A stretch of 64,000 bases of DNA from Tubulanus polymorphus (GCF_964204645.1 NC_134026.1:1077950-1141949); one strand, 5' to 3'. Numbered from the stretch's first letter, positions 45,801 through 59,410 are shown. Numbers and translations: made by a program. The notes: generated from the sequence alone by a model not told the origin.

Positions 45801-48800
45801 TCACAACGCTGGTTCTAGCTGGACCAGTGATAACAGGGCATTTAAAAACATGTGTGAATGCACCACGTTTATTCGACTGGTTCTAAATTGGTCCGTTCCA
45901 AATCAAAACGGGCAATAGTGTAAAACATGGCTGATGATGAGTTCATTTGATTGTGACATGATTTTGATATATCGTTTTTTTATGTTTCTAGGTCGTTATC
46001 GAAGAATGAAATTGCAACTATAGACGAAGGAACATTCGACGACCTGAAATCACTTAAAAAACTGTAAGTCAAACATCTTTTATTCGATGTCGTCTTCATA
46101 ATTTCAAATTTCTTTTATTCGCATCGATTTTTGCAGCGATTTTCAATCGAATCATTTGATTTGCGATTGTAAACTGCGGTGGATATTGCGCTGGTCGAAG
46201 AATCGTAACGTGCGCATATCGGACAACACCAAATGCGCGTTTCCCAAAGATCTTGAGAAGCGTTCAGTTCGTACGTTAAAGAAGAAATTACTCCACTGCA
46301 GTAAGTGTGTTTACTCACGTCTTCTGTCAACATATTTTCTATTCTTTTTAGTCACGGAAAATTGAGCGAGTATCGGTTGCATCAAATAAACCGCGTTCAC
46401 ACGGTCGCTGTTAGTCCATTTTTATTTGGTCCGTACCTCGTAAGGACCTATCTAGAAGGGACCAAATCAATGCTGTGTATATTTGCGCGATATGTTTTAA
46501 GTCAGCTGTTATCACTCTGTTCAGCTTGATTCGATACGGTGATTGACAGGCAATTAAAGCAAAGTTCTTCATTTGAAGCAATTAAAGCAATCATTCTGTT
46601 AGGTGAGGATGAATTGGTCCCTTCTGAAATGGACCAATTTAAAATGGTGTGAACGATTGGTGCGTTCTAAATTGTAACGGAAGGTTCTAGATTATGTTAT
46701 ATAAAGCGGCTACAGCCTGGAAGTATTGTAGCGATCTCGCAATGATATCTGTGCTGATATTTTCGGAGTTAAGTCATACACTTGTAGCTAGATCTTTCTC
46801 CGAGTTACTGACAGTTAAATCGTGTGACAAGCGACTTTAGCGTTAAGCAGTACCTGGGATTTAATGCAGTTACCTATAATCGATAGAGACCGTCTCTAAA
46901 CTCATATATACGACTAGTGAGTGTAATAGTAAAAGACGACTGTGGCTGAGTTAATATCGATATTTATCGCGTTGATTGACGTGAACACATGTCTGTGAGT
47001 CATGTCTCTGTGAGTTGTCCGATGTATTTAATGAAGTTACCAAGTTGTCATTGATTTCGATAAATCTGTGTTAGGAACCGATGAATGGCGTCTGCTCTGT
47101 GCTATTGATCACGTGTGTTTACGAGGCTCTGAGCGTCTGATAATTCGACGCTGTATCAATTTGTTGCACTTAACCAAAATTGTTGTATAATTGTAGCTAG
47201 TTAACGCGTGTAATTGGTTAAATGCTGTTGAGTGTGACAGAATTTCACAGATGCAACTCTCTTAAGACCTCAATACAGTTTTCCTGATGTGAAGAGAATA
47301 GCCGCAATAAATCCCTTTTTATATAAAACGAACAGTTTTAGAGTCCATGCTGGAACTGACTGATTTAGAATGGTCCAAATTATTGCTGTGCATTCATGCA
47401 CATTTATCACTGGTCCAACTAGATACAACATTGTGATTGACAGGCAATTAGAGCAAAGAGCCCATATCGATAGATTTATTCAATTCAATTGCTGATATTT
47501 TTGAAAATGGCTCATACCGAATGAGTTGAACTTTAGGCCTATAGTTTTTCTGATTGTGCATTTTTCTTTCATATGAAGATAGACAGTTGTTTGTCTGTGC
47601 AAACTGATGTCTCTCGCAAAATGTCATTTGGCTACGAGGTATGAAAACTGATCGTACCGAATTTAAGAGCGCTCGTCGGTTTTATTGTCAAATCAATATC
47701 TCGAATGTACAGTTACTAAATCATTTGATACTAAAAGAGCAACATTAACCGATTTGTTTCTAGCCTTCCGAAACTGTTCAGAAATTCATCATCTATAAAT
47801 TCGTTTGCGATAGATGTTCAGTTCAGTTTAATTGACGTATTCATTACGCTTTCAAAAATGCGCTTTCATGAATTATGAAATAGTCGATTTCGACAAAGCA
47901 ATTTACGATGCTGATTATTTTGATCGACATACGAATAAAATCGTAACGAATGTAGCCGTGCGAGCTGTAGCGGTAACCCTGCGAGCTGTAGCGGTAACCG
48001 TGCGAGCTGTAGCGGTAACCCTGCGAGCTGGAGGGGTAACCCTGCGAGCTGTAGCGGTAACCGTGCAAGCTGTAGCGGTAACCCTGCGAGCTGGAGGGGT
48101 AACCGTGCGAGCTGTAGCGGTAACCCTGAGAGCTGGAGGGGTAACCCTGCGAGCTGTAGCGGTAACCCTGCGAGCTGTAGCGGTAACCCTGCGAGCTGTA
48201 GCGGTAACCCTGTGTGCTGTAGCGGTAACTAACCCTGCGAGCTGTAGGAAATCAATTTCAGTCGTAACCTGTACGTGTGCAGTGATCTGATCGATACTCA
48301 GGCGTTATTCTATAGACAATTTTTCTGATAAGTATCGCATCAAAAACAATGCAGTGAATCAAATTTCATTTATAAGAGACGAAAAAATATGTATGCGCGT
48401 CGAAATCAATGATAGCTGAAAATATTGCTCGCTTACTCCTTGATTCCTCAGTTAGATATAAACAGTGGTGGATGATCAGATGGCCTGGACGAGACCCTGG
48501 GTCAAATTTAGCCCCGTGTGGGACGCACGTAAATCACTCGTTACTTGAATGCTATCAAAATGATGCTGTGGCAAGTGAGGCGATTCATTTCCAGAACCAG
48601 TTAGCATTCGCACCAAATAATTTGACTGTTGCCAAAAGTTGGCTTGGGCTTGGTCGGATATTTTGGTAGGGTCAAATTTGACCCTTTCCAAACAGACACA
48701 GACCAGTTTGGCACCAGTGTGGCACAGACCAGTTTGGCACCAGGCCAAATTTGGCCCTGATCGAAATAAATCGCTCCCGTGATTTCGGGTATTGTTAAGT

Positions 48801-51800
48801 AATAACCTTTAATGATTCGAATCGGTTTGTTTTTTTCAGATTGGCCAGTAAAACTGAAAGTATTCAAATTAATTCCGTCCAAGAACCAGGTCGTGTTTGA
48901 AGGTGATAAACTGCCGTTTGAATGTCAGGCGTCGAAGTCCGATTCATCGACGAGAATCGTCTGGATTCGTGAAGGTCACGCCGTCGAGACTAATCGGTCG
49001 GCGGGTATCATCGTAAAAACTGCGTCGAAAGATAGATCTGTCGCCGTGAAGAGTCTTCTGCTGAAAAAATTACAAGTTAAAAACTCCGGAGTTTGGACGT
49101 GTCAGGTATTTCCTCCCTCTCTCTGCTCCCTCTTCCTCCCCCTGTGCTCTGAATGGATTCTATAACAACCTTAAGCCTAGCGCACATAGCAAGAAAAACC
49201 TTGAAACAAGAAAATGATTCTGCGTTCATTCATTTTGATGTTTAATTCACCTGCCATAGCAAGATGATTAGAGGAGTAGTAATTGTATCACATGGTATGT
49301 GATGATATCAAATGGTTCCGCGAAACAATTTGTCTCATTCTCAAGAAAGAAGCCAGAAAAATGTTTCCGTTTCATGTTTACTTCGAGTTGTTGTTAACCC
49401 TCTTTTCTCTCTTTCAGGTGCAAACTAAAACTGGTAATATTTCCAAGACGGTGAATATTGTAGTTATATCTGACGATACTCTACATTGTGATGCGGTTAC
49501 TATCAGTACGAATAAAGGCACGTTTTCCTGGCCGAAGACGGTATCGGGCGTGTCTATAGAATTCCCATGCAGCGACCGAGCCACGACGTACCGCGGTAAA
49601 GCTCCGCCGCATGCGTTTTTTACGTGTAATAAAAACGGAAAGTGGGAGAATCTCGATACAACTCAGTGTCAGTATATATACGAGATGACTCGCGTTCTCG
49701 AGCAGTATACACTGGTAAGTGTCATTAATCAGACCGAGATATTAGCCACGTTCACATGATGTTATTTAGAGTTTAGATTAAGTCTGTTCCAATATAGAAC
49801 GAACCAAGCGTTCACACCTGCTTAAAGACGGTTCTAAATTGATCCGTTCCTGTTCAGACCGACCCAAAAGACTGATCTTGTTCTGTTCTAAATCTTAGAA
49901 CGGACCATTTTTCTGTGTGTGAATTAGAAACTGCTTTATTTGCTTGTCAATCACAAAGTTTAGTCTAGCCAGACTAGAGAAAACAGTATGTTTTAAAAAG
50001 TATGTGAAAGCATAGTATTGATTCGGTCCGTTCTAAATTGTTCCTAAGTAGTGATATAAAAATGTTATATATCGCTGAATATTGGCTTTCTTTGATTCTT
50101 CAGACACCATTGAACCACTCAAATGTCGCTGCTACGGCGAAAAAGTTGAAACAATATATATCTGACGGTCGAGCGATGGTCGATAGGATGGATATTATTT
50201 TCATATCGAAAATTCTCGGAAAGCTGAGTCCATTCGTATCCGTAAATCCTGAAGTTGTTGATGTTATATTGGATATTATGAGTATTGCGATGTTGAATGT
50301 ATCTGATCATTTGTTACTGGCAGCGCAGAAAGAAGCCCAAGCCTGTACCAGGTATATATAAATACACAAGGACCAAGTTTCATAGATTTTGGGGCAAAAT
50401 AATCCCTGGGAACGTTTTGAAATTTGTCACTACATAGAAGATGGAAGTTTTTTTAATTCTGTCTCGATAAAACTGGTCTCAATTTCTTCAAATCTTCTGT
50501 GACTGGATGATACTTTAAGTCACAAAAAGGAAGCATTAAAACTAACTGAAGGTTTAGTTTTGAAAGATACAATCGATTTTTTCAAAAATTTTCCTAAAAA
50601 GAATCAAGTATCTCGTTTAATTCAGGATGGTTCAAGTGATCGAGCATATACCGAATCAGATGTTGGGGAATCAGAAGACGGTGCGCCGATTCTCGACTGG
50701 AATTGCTTTTCAAGCGTTTAAACTGAAACCGACGAGTTTCGCTGGAATGAAATGTTTAGTTGCGTCCCTGCCGCACGGACCTTTCAATCGAAGTAACTTT
50801 GTCTGTTACGTGCCGAGTAATAATTCGAATGTCTACTACGAGACAGTGGTAAATATTTTTTTTTCTACGATTTTGTTTTAATCAATAAATAGCCTGATAA
50901 ATCAATTTGTAAACTTCTATTTATTCTAGACGTACTGCTGTGTCTGCGTATAGATTTTATTCAGACCACACGCAGTAGACGTCAACTTAAATATAGATGA
51001 CTAAATTATCTTTTCATAGCTACCTGCGGCACTGGTTTTATAGATCGGTTTTAACACTAAGTTGATAATGACAGAACTGATGAACTTAGTTTTGGAATGA
51101 AACTGGAGCCCGGATAAATAGTTTTTCGTTGAAAATTGACTTTAAAGTAAAAATTTGTCTCTTTCCAAAGTTTTAACCCTGGGGTCAAATTTCCGGCGAG
51201 AACTTGGGGACCGGATCCTGTAAAATAAACTTATTTTAACTATACAACTTACTACCTGATCTATAAAATCAGCCCCTGGGGCCGGTTCCATAGTCATGAC
51301 TTAGACTCTTTTAGTTATATAGCTCATCTAACAGCTTAAGACCAGTCTTAAGATTTAAGACCACTTTTGGACTTAAGTCTTGACTATGGAACTGGCCCCT
51401 AGCTGACAATTGATGAGAAATAAAATGAAATGAGACGTACAAGTATTACAGTTAACACATCCACTTCAGCACGTTTCGTATTCGCGATTTTCAGCTCGTA
51501 CGAAAGTCGATTGTAATTTACACTTCATTAAACTATATTTCTATAGAAACCGGCGGCGTCTATTGAGTTACACGACGATGTGTTGAATAACGTGAAAACA
51601 TCGGCGAATTTCATCAAATTACAATTCATCGTTTATAAAAATGGTCGATTGTTTCCGTATACGCAACCGCGCGACCCTCTCAACGGATTCATTCGTATTT
51701 CAACACCAGTTATATCCAGCAAATTTAGTAAGTGACCTCTTAAAGTTTGTGTGATAAATAAGGTGAATTTCATCTGTGAAATGCCTACGATTGAGTTCGA

Positions 51801-54800
51801 AAGCCTAAAGTTGACACAAAAATTTGCCACTTGACAAATTTAGAAATTTGGGGCCTGTTGCTCAAAAGTTGGTTAGAGTTATCCAGTGGATAGTCGACAT
51901 AGGGACAATTAAAAGTTCATAGTTTATATGGTATATTCATCTGCCGGTTATCTTAAACCAAATTTTGAGCAACTGACCCGAGCAATTGAAAATTTGGCGA
52001 TGATATCTAGCATGTTTGATTCGTCCATACTGATGCTGACTAGAAATCTCGCATTAAGTCGCTTGGCAGACGACACAGAACGGTAAGAATGGATTCGCTG
52101 ATGAAATTCATCTCATCTGTCACAGGTTTTATGAAATGAAGTGGATGAAGTTTATTCCGTGTTATCGTTTCAAACCGGGTTTATGTTCACAGCCCGGGGG
52201 AAAAACGTTAAATAGTGTGTTCCTGAAATATTAGCTTATACGCCTAGCTGATTCGAGTTTCGTACTATTCATCTGGAGGCTGTAAAAATTAGTAATTAAT
52301 TGATTCTCTTTCTCTCTGAAACGCCTGCAGCTATAAACACGTGCTGTTTGTTCATTTCAGGTGAAGGAGTCATCGGAAATCTATCGAAACCAATCGTCAT
52401 TAAATTACGCGCGCAACGAGTTGGCACTAAATCATGGCCGGTTTATTGGGATTTTACCGCTAACGGTGGGTTTAAACGAGAATCAAATAAAAGTGAATCA
52501 AATGGATGTCATTTATGAACCATCGAACAGTAGATATAATTGAACCGTAGATATAAGAAAATGAACCTTCTTTGTCTAATTAAGATATTTTCCATATAAA
52601 CTCTTTTTTCCGCCAACTTCAGAAGACTCTCAGCTGGTAGATGTTTCTAATCAGACCAGTTTGTATGACTGTGATGAGTTAGTTGATAAATATATACTAC
52701 TTTTAACCTTTGATGACACACTGTAATATAGAAAATAAATCAAGAAATAAATGTAAATTTAGTATCCCTGAAAATGACTAAAAGAATATAGTCAAAACGT
52801 CAAAAGATAAATCATTAATCGAAGAAACCTTTTCTTTTTAATTTGAGTTTGAGTCCATATTATCAACATAATTATGTCTTTAACCTTTTGTTTGTTGTTT
52901 ATATTACGTAGGTGGATTAGGAGGATGGATCTCTGATGGTTGCGCTATGACTCTGCATAAGGATACATACTCGGAATTTGAATGTAATCATTTGACTAAT
53001 TTCGCGGTAATGCAAACCGCCGCGCCGATAATGGCTATTCTATTTATGATGGAACCGATCGTCTATGCCGGAAGTCTTATGTGTGTTATGTGTCTGATGG
53101 CTGCCATTGTTACTTACATCACTTGTCACAAGTAATTATTACAATATTTCAATATTTGATAAATTCAGATTCGAAAATCTCTCTTACCGTTGATGGCTTA
53201 TAATTGAATACGAGAAAAGAATGAAATGATTTCTACCTCTTTGTTTTCTAGGTTCATCGAGATTCCGAAGAAGGCGAAACATTCAGTAGTGAATTTCTGT
53301 ATCAGTTTAATGTTTCTGATAATAGCGTTTACGATGGGTATTAATCGGACGGATCATCCGTTAGCCTGTCAGATTATCGGAGTCGCTATACATTATCTAT
53401 CTATATGCACTATGTTCTGGATAACTATCACAACCAGGTATGTGTATTTGAATAAAGTGGCACAGGTACAGCCTTCAACTACCGTTTAGCTTTGTAGCCT
53501 ATTTTCAATTCAAAATGTCTGGGATGAGGACCTGAACACACAATGTATGAAGCCTAGATGATAACAAATTGGAATAAATGGTGATAATATATCGAATGTG
53601 TCAGGGTTGGGGGTTTCCAGGCATATATTGATTTATTGTGAGGGATTTGCAGAGTCCGGGGAACAGATTGATACCTGATTAAAGTGTTCTTTTTAAACTT
53701 CAAATTCTACAAGTAGAATACCTATCCTCGTACTCACTGTCACTAGGAATCTAATGCTGTTTATTCGTTTCTGTTTTACAGCAATATGTATAAAAAGTTT
53801 ACAAAAGTCGAGCGACCGGCTCCACCTCCTGATGAACCTCTCGAAGGACCCGTACCTCCGAAGCCGATGTTACGATTTTACTTGCTCGGTTACGGAGTTC
53901 CTATCATCGTTTGTGGTATCACTGTTGCCGTGAACATGGATCATTATTCCAGTCGTAATTATTGTTTTCTCACGTGGGAGACGAGTCTAGGCGCGTTTTA
54001 CGGACCGATGGGGTTACTGCTGTTTATCAATCTGATTCTCTTCCTGTGTACGGCGTGCGTACTACGCGGGAATACGATACTATCACCGCACGACGCCAGC
54101 GAGACGGAAGCGATCAACGCGATCGAACTAACGAGTCCCGAAGATTCGACCAATCGAACGACCGAAACGCAGGATACAGCGTCGAGTATTCTCGATACGG
54201 AGCATCGCGCGATCAGTCAGTTACGAGCGGTCGCCGCGAAATTATTCCTATTTCTACTGATCTGGGGATGCGCCGCATTCGTAGTAGCTCGTCCGTTCGG
54301 TAACGCTATACCCTATCAGGAGTTGATATTCAGTTACGCGTATGGAGTACTCGCGTCCGTCTTGGGAATCTTCGTCGTTATTTATTACTGTTTGTCGCGG
54401 ACTGATGCGCGCTCCAGCTGGAATCGTTTCTTCTGCTGTAAGAAACATTTACCGTACGATATTCCTCCGAATCATCCACCGCCTCAGCAACTCGCCGTCA
54501 TGACTAACGGGCACGTTACCCAGCAACAGCAGCTGCAGCATCATCACGACACGACCAGTTTAGACTCGCAATCGCTGACGAGTAAATCGGCTTCGAACGC
54601 GAACGTGAATATGGGTACGTTACGATCGTTACAGAACGGTATGACCGGAACGTTAACGAGTCTCGGCGGAGGACCTCGTAGCGTCGTGCCGAAACAATCG
54701 AATATAAATCTGGTTCCGTCGCAGAGCGCTCATACCGAACCATCGATTCATACGCAGTATAGTTACCCGGGAGCCGTACCCGATATACAGTTTCAAAACT

Positions 54801-55987
54801 TCTACAACGCGCGACAGAACAACTGCGCGAAAAAATACTGGGACAAACGTCATCGGAAGCGGCAGGCGATCGCGACGCCGAATAACGATTTAGCGATGAG
54901 AGAAAATCGTAAATCGAGCAGTCAAGATCCGGGAAAACGGTTCAGTCAGGGTAACGCTAGCGACGGCAATAATACTCATTGTAGTTTAGAAATTCAGGGT
55001 TATTTAAAGGACAGGCCGAATAATACGTCTACGCCGTTTAAATCTGGAGATGGAACTACGACGTCGTTACCCCCGACACCTCTCGGACACGGCTGCGTTC
55101 ATATCGATAGAACTAGTCTATCGCCTACAGATGGCGCTATTCCCGTCTGTCCGGAGTGTCAGGACTCATCACCAGGGGGCTCTATAACGTTCCCTCCACC
55201 ACCTCCGCCGATCGCGTTAGTGACGCCGTTAGGCGGCGGTAGTTTTCAAAAGTCAGCTGATTCTGCATTTACGCGGGCCGGTTCGAGGCCAGCCGGTCAA
55301 CCACAACAACACGAGGTGCTATTATTAAAACACGACCAGCGACCGGGATCGCGTCGTCATTCGTCCGGTTCCGATCATTCTAATCAGAGATTACAAGAAT
55401 GCGCGATCGACGAAGACTCTTGCGAAATGCATTATCACTCGATAGACAATCCTCCTCCGCGTACGAACACTGATAGATTCATGAGCGAAATCCAGCAGCG
55501 CGTTCGTCCGCTATCGCCCGCAAAATCCGATATAACTTATAACTCGAAAAATTCGTCGTATTACCCGGATTCGGACAGTCAAATCGGTCGCCATCATCGC
55601 AATCGTAAACATAGACACCACGACCTTCATCATAAACACCGTAAACGATCGAAACAACGTTGGGAGGAAGAGTTCGCGAATAAACCGAAGAACGCGCACG
55701 CTTACGCGTATATACCGGATAAAATGCGCGCGAAGGTGAACTCGAGTCCGGCGTCGTCCGGTCACAATAAAACAGCTCCGTACGTGATAAACTCATCGTC
55801 GTCATCGAATACACCGCGTCGCGCTACGAATCATTTCCCGCGATCGGTTAGCGCTTACGAACAGATGGTTAACGGTATATTGAGCAATATGGAGGATGAT
55901 TCTCTGACGAGTTCTTCGGACGGCGAGGAAAAAGAGTGGATTAAAAGCGAAAACGAATCGCAGAAGAAAGCTGAAACAAGTGTGTAA
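25207..55987 (+). CDS. ADGRA3: Adhesion GPCR subfamily A (ADGRA2/ADGRA3, GPR124/GPR125-like)
   Basis: Signal peptide plus LRRNT (25207-25445); four 72-nt LRR exons (29443-29514, 42717-42788, 45520-45591, 45992-46063); LRRCT ICDCKLRW (46137-46300); Ig (48840-49105); HRM with WPKT (49418-49714); GAIN (50104-50351, 50626-50848, 51547-51727 LQFIVYKNGRLF, 52361-52465); GPS+TM1 (52912-53131); TM exon 53252-53437; last exon 53782-55987 with PPKPMLRFYLLGYGVP and C-terminal PDZ motif ETSV*. It is probably the single pro-orthologue of vertebrate ADGRA1-3, so the symbol is approximate. Confidence 0.92.
25506..25700 (-). mobile_element. 3' tail of a 5'-truncated non-LTR retroelement (L2/CR1-like)
   Basis: On the - strand: stem-loop GGGTG..CAAGCTTAGCTT..CACCC, then AATAAA followed by a (TGATA)n microsatellite tail. 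Confidence 0.45.
34256..35432. repeat. 51-bp minisatellite, about 23 copies
   Basis: Unit TCGTTCCCTTCGCCCGCGGAATGGAGAATGTATTTATAT(C/T)GA(G/A)TGTATATA. It explains the ORFs at 34166-35458. Confidence 0.97.
36131..36552. repeat. 15-bp G-rich minisatellite, about 28 copies
   Basis: Unit GGGAGGTTTCGCTC(A/G). Confidence 0.97.
36752..36816. repeat. 21-bp tandem repeat x3
   Basis: Units similar to GGACGGATCTATTGTTGGACT. Confidence 0.8.
37536..37690. repeat. 9-bp pyrimidine-rich tandem repeat (CCTCTACCT)n
   Basis: Direct reading; about 17 degenerate units. Confidence 0.9.
40417..40683. mobile_element. Palindromic Penelope-like non-autonomous insertion with two inverted minimal hammerhead motifs
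   Basis: Near-perfect inverted arms of about 108 bp (40449-40558 and 40580-40687). Each has CTGAAGA-T-GACTAT(TAGGAT)ATAGTC-GAAACGTT. The 12-bp direct repeat CATCACTGGTTA occurs at 40405-40416 and 40684-40695. Confidence 0.7.
42318..42367. repeat. 13-bp tandem repeat x4 (GACCTGTCCACCC)
   Basis: Direct reading. Confidence 0.85.
45613..45932. mobile_element. Harbinger-like MITE family (AGCCACGTTCACAC TIR), many dispersed copies
   Basis: Ends AGCCACGTTCACAC and GTGTAAAACATGGCT, with internal TTCTAAATTGGTCCGTTCC / GGACCAATTTAGA motifs. These recur at ~33680-33850, 35930-36110, 40700-40890, 46390-46670, 47340-47460 and 49743-50040. Confidence 0.6.
47952..48247. repeat. 21-bp minisatellite, about 14 copies
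   Basis: Unit (G/C)TGCGAGCTG(TAGC/GAGG)GGTAACC. It explains ORF 47832-48290. Confidence 0.95.
51279..51398. mobile_element. Harbinger-like MITE abutting a second MITE (~51026-51275)
   Basis: TIRs GGGCCGGTTCCATAGTCATGACTTA and TAAGTCTTGACTATGGAACTGGCCC. The left neighbour has CTGGTTTTATAGATC / GATCTATAAAATCAG ends. Confidence 0.7.
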
Positions 55988-58220
55988 TGATTCTAGGTGT
56001 TAGCACTGTAGAGATCACTGTGTTTATTTTTAAGTTGAGCACTTTCTCGGACACTAATTGGTTATTGTAATATATATTTATCATGTTACATGTGGAAACT
56101 CTATGCAGCGCACAAAATCATGGCTTAAATATCCTTAAACTTCGAATAGAAAAACCCTCATCAATTATCACCGTATTGCCTATATTTATAGTTAGTCGCT
56201 TTGCTGAAGATTTCGAGGTGAAATTTTAAGGCTTTGAATACGTACAGGCATTCACAACCTTACAGTAGTTAGAACATTATGGTGAAGGTTTATCTTTGGT
56301 GTTAAATTCTTTTAGATTTGCTGATAAACCAGATCATGTATTTCATTAAGACTGGTTACTTATTACCTGTCACATATTCATACTGATTGAATCTATTCTC
56401 TGATTAAGTGTGTTGAACTATCATAACTGTGTAATATGGCTTGGACAAATTGACAATCAATTCATAAAGTCCGATATAGTGTGACTGAGTAATTGATCCT
56501 TTCATCCTCAGGTTCATATGATCATGTATCATAATGTTGAAATTAATATCTCTAATGATGAAATTATATAAGCATAATGAGCGTATAAATTTGTTCTACA
56601 CTTGAGTCGATGAAGTAGTGATAAATAACAATCATGGTTGAAGTCTTCCATAATTTTCAATAGTCTTCCGTGTGAATGTTGTCGCCGGTTCCTGTCTCAA
56701 TCACCGGAATTCATGAGGCCAGTGCATCCATTGTTTTACGCATCGATTTTATATCGTTTTTAAAACTACAACTTTATAAATTCTAATCTATATTTCCTGA
56801 CTCCTAAATGAAATTCACAATCAACTTCATATCAAAATCTCATTCGATAAGCCAATTATCCAGTTTTATTTATTTCTTTATTTTCTTTATTTTTCTTTTA
56901 ACGATGAATTTAAAACGACTAAGAAATTAAATTGTTACTGTAAATAAAACGAATGATTGATTGTATTATATATAGTTTTAACATATTTATGAATGAATGA
57001 ATAAATGTTGGTATAAATTGTTTATAATGTAAATATACACAGTAGTGATTTAGATATATTTGTACATGTAAATCATGTAATTTTGTCCTCTATATTTTTT
57101 GTTGCGATTTCTGAAAATCAAATTCGACAATCTAGTACCAATCATTGTCATTGAATCGGAGCTATTGAAGATGTGACTGAGGATCTTCTTCCAAATCATA
57201 AACTGCTAATCTCTTTCTCAATCTGGTCTTTTACAAAATTCACAGACTTGGGCAGAATTAAAATCAGGCAATGCTTCACAACTCTGCCTGGGTAGCAGGC
57301 TTGAGTTGAGTTCCTGGGTGATCATGAATTGCTCCAATTCATTGATGAGAGAGAACTTCTAATCATAAACCATCAGGGAAATTAATCCGAATCTAAACGT
57401 TGGTGCTCCACAGAAATTTCTACTGCCTTTTAATCTAATTTACTGCTCTAATGAAATGGCTTACCAGTAGATTACTTGCTATACCCGCTATGTATTCGGC
57501 AATCATGATATAAGTTTAAGCAATCATTTCTGAATTTGTTGAGTTATTGAAGAAATTACAATGGATAGAAGTTGATAGTAGTTGTTGAACGGGCAGCGTA
57601 GGTTTTCATGGTAAATTCACTGATAGAACTGGAAACAGATTAAGTGTTTTCCTCGAAATACTCTCAGTTATTTATGAATATTGTTTTGGCATTTTAAGCT
57701 GGTATTGTGTATACGGATAGCATGCATTTTGTACAATAAAGGGCTGTTTCCCCTTTCATTCTGAACACTTTTGTCCCATTTGTTATTGGATCTGGTTGGT
57801 TTGCTGCATTGTATTGGATTATAATATGCCTGGTTCGAGTCTGGAGTGATCATTTTGGCAGAACGGAAGAAGTCAACAGATGTTCATTTGAGCGAGGACA
57901 GACCTTAATGTTGGATTTATACTACAATATGGCTTTGTTTATAAGTATAGGTAGAGGCAATAGCAATTGTTTTCACTAAACATTCACAGCTTTTCATGTG
58001 TCATACCCCTCTAACCACACACATTAATGTCGTAAGAGCTTTTAGAATTTGGTGGAGTATCATTTAATGCATATCATGAATGGAATTTATTGGCACCACT
58101 AAGTGACATCTCTGAAGAAACATTTGTTTTCTTTTTATTTCAGGAGCCATGTTGTGTACGTGTAACAGGCGACCAGCGGTTAGATACAGCTATCCTCCTC
58201 ATCACTATAATCGCCATAGA

Positions 58221-58251
<31 letters not shown>
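58221..58251. repeat. (ATC)n microsatellite
   Basis: Direct reading. Other simple repeats: (AT)n at ~12731-12762, 29363-29393 and 30810-30837; (GCT)n at 28426-28452. Confidence 0.9.
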
Positions 58252-59410
58252 GCGACCAGCCGACATATGTCAGCTATTTTCCGCTATTAGATAAAATCAG
58301 TACATTTAATTATGGCGAATACTAGACACCTATAACGCAGAGTTTCTATCCATTTTCTAGTCAAATATGTTCATATATTGTAGCAGTGGGGTGTGTATAT
58401 TTTGAATATTAGATGGTATTATAGATTTCTGTCCACATACAGTTCAACATGTATATATAAATACTCTAATAATAGTTAAAATTGAGAATATATTGATGAT
58501 ATGATTGTCTGTCATGTTTACTGATTCCATGGAGTCCAAGATCTGTGTAGCTTTGTCCGGCCATTGAAGAGAGATATGAAACATGGATCAGAAGAAAATG
58601 CATTGAAATAAGTCCAAATGTTTGGCCGTCCTGAGTAGTATTCTGTCCATCTACTAGTTCTTTTATGTGCCTTCTAGCTACTCTAATGTAACATATTGTA
58701 AGTATTACTGATAACAATGAATTCTTCTTCTTGAGATCATTTACAATTTGGATATAACAGGGTCGTGAATCGTGTAATCTATCTCATCTGAAATAAACAT
58801 TATGAGATATTGCTCTTATGTTTGTCTTGATTCAATAATGGTTTCGCTCAAGCAAAGGATTCAAAGAATTAATAGTAAAACGAGCAGATTTTAAGAACCA
58901 TCTTTATTCAACAAAGATAAGCATTTTGGAATGTCAATATATAATACATGTATAAAATCAGATAATATTCCAACAAAACCCTTTTTCTATACAATTCAAC
59001 AACTAAATTTACCAAATCCACTAACGCAAGCAATAGTAGGCCTGCAGGTATCCACCAATTCATAAAGATGCTTACCAAATACTGAATTTCAGCAATTCGC
59101 ATTATCATTAGACTTAAATCAATACATCTCATAAGTTAAATAGATATCGATCAAATTATTAGAGCACCATTTTCCCTGTTTCTTATTATTAATACACATA
59201 TCATGCACATAACCTATGCACCAAGCGAATGTAACATACACAGATCTACAACTCGATCACACAGATTTATCTCTATAACTATGTACAATCGAACTGTTAA
59301 AGAGTTGTCGCATTGCGTAAATCACCCAAAATCTATGTCCTTAATTCAATTTACAAGTGTAAGTTGACAACATTAATAATGGCCTTAGCTATATAACTGG
59401 CATACCGTCC

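Noticed and set aside
47832-48290. RAVAVTL repeat ORF
   Set aside because: Translation of a 21-bp minisatellite, with no splice or homology support.
58180-58266. Small acidic ORF MSAGRDDDDDDDDDDVYGDYSDEEDSCI on the - strand
   Set aside because: Mostly the (ATC)n microsatellite, with an in-frame stop just upstream and no other support.
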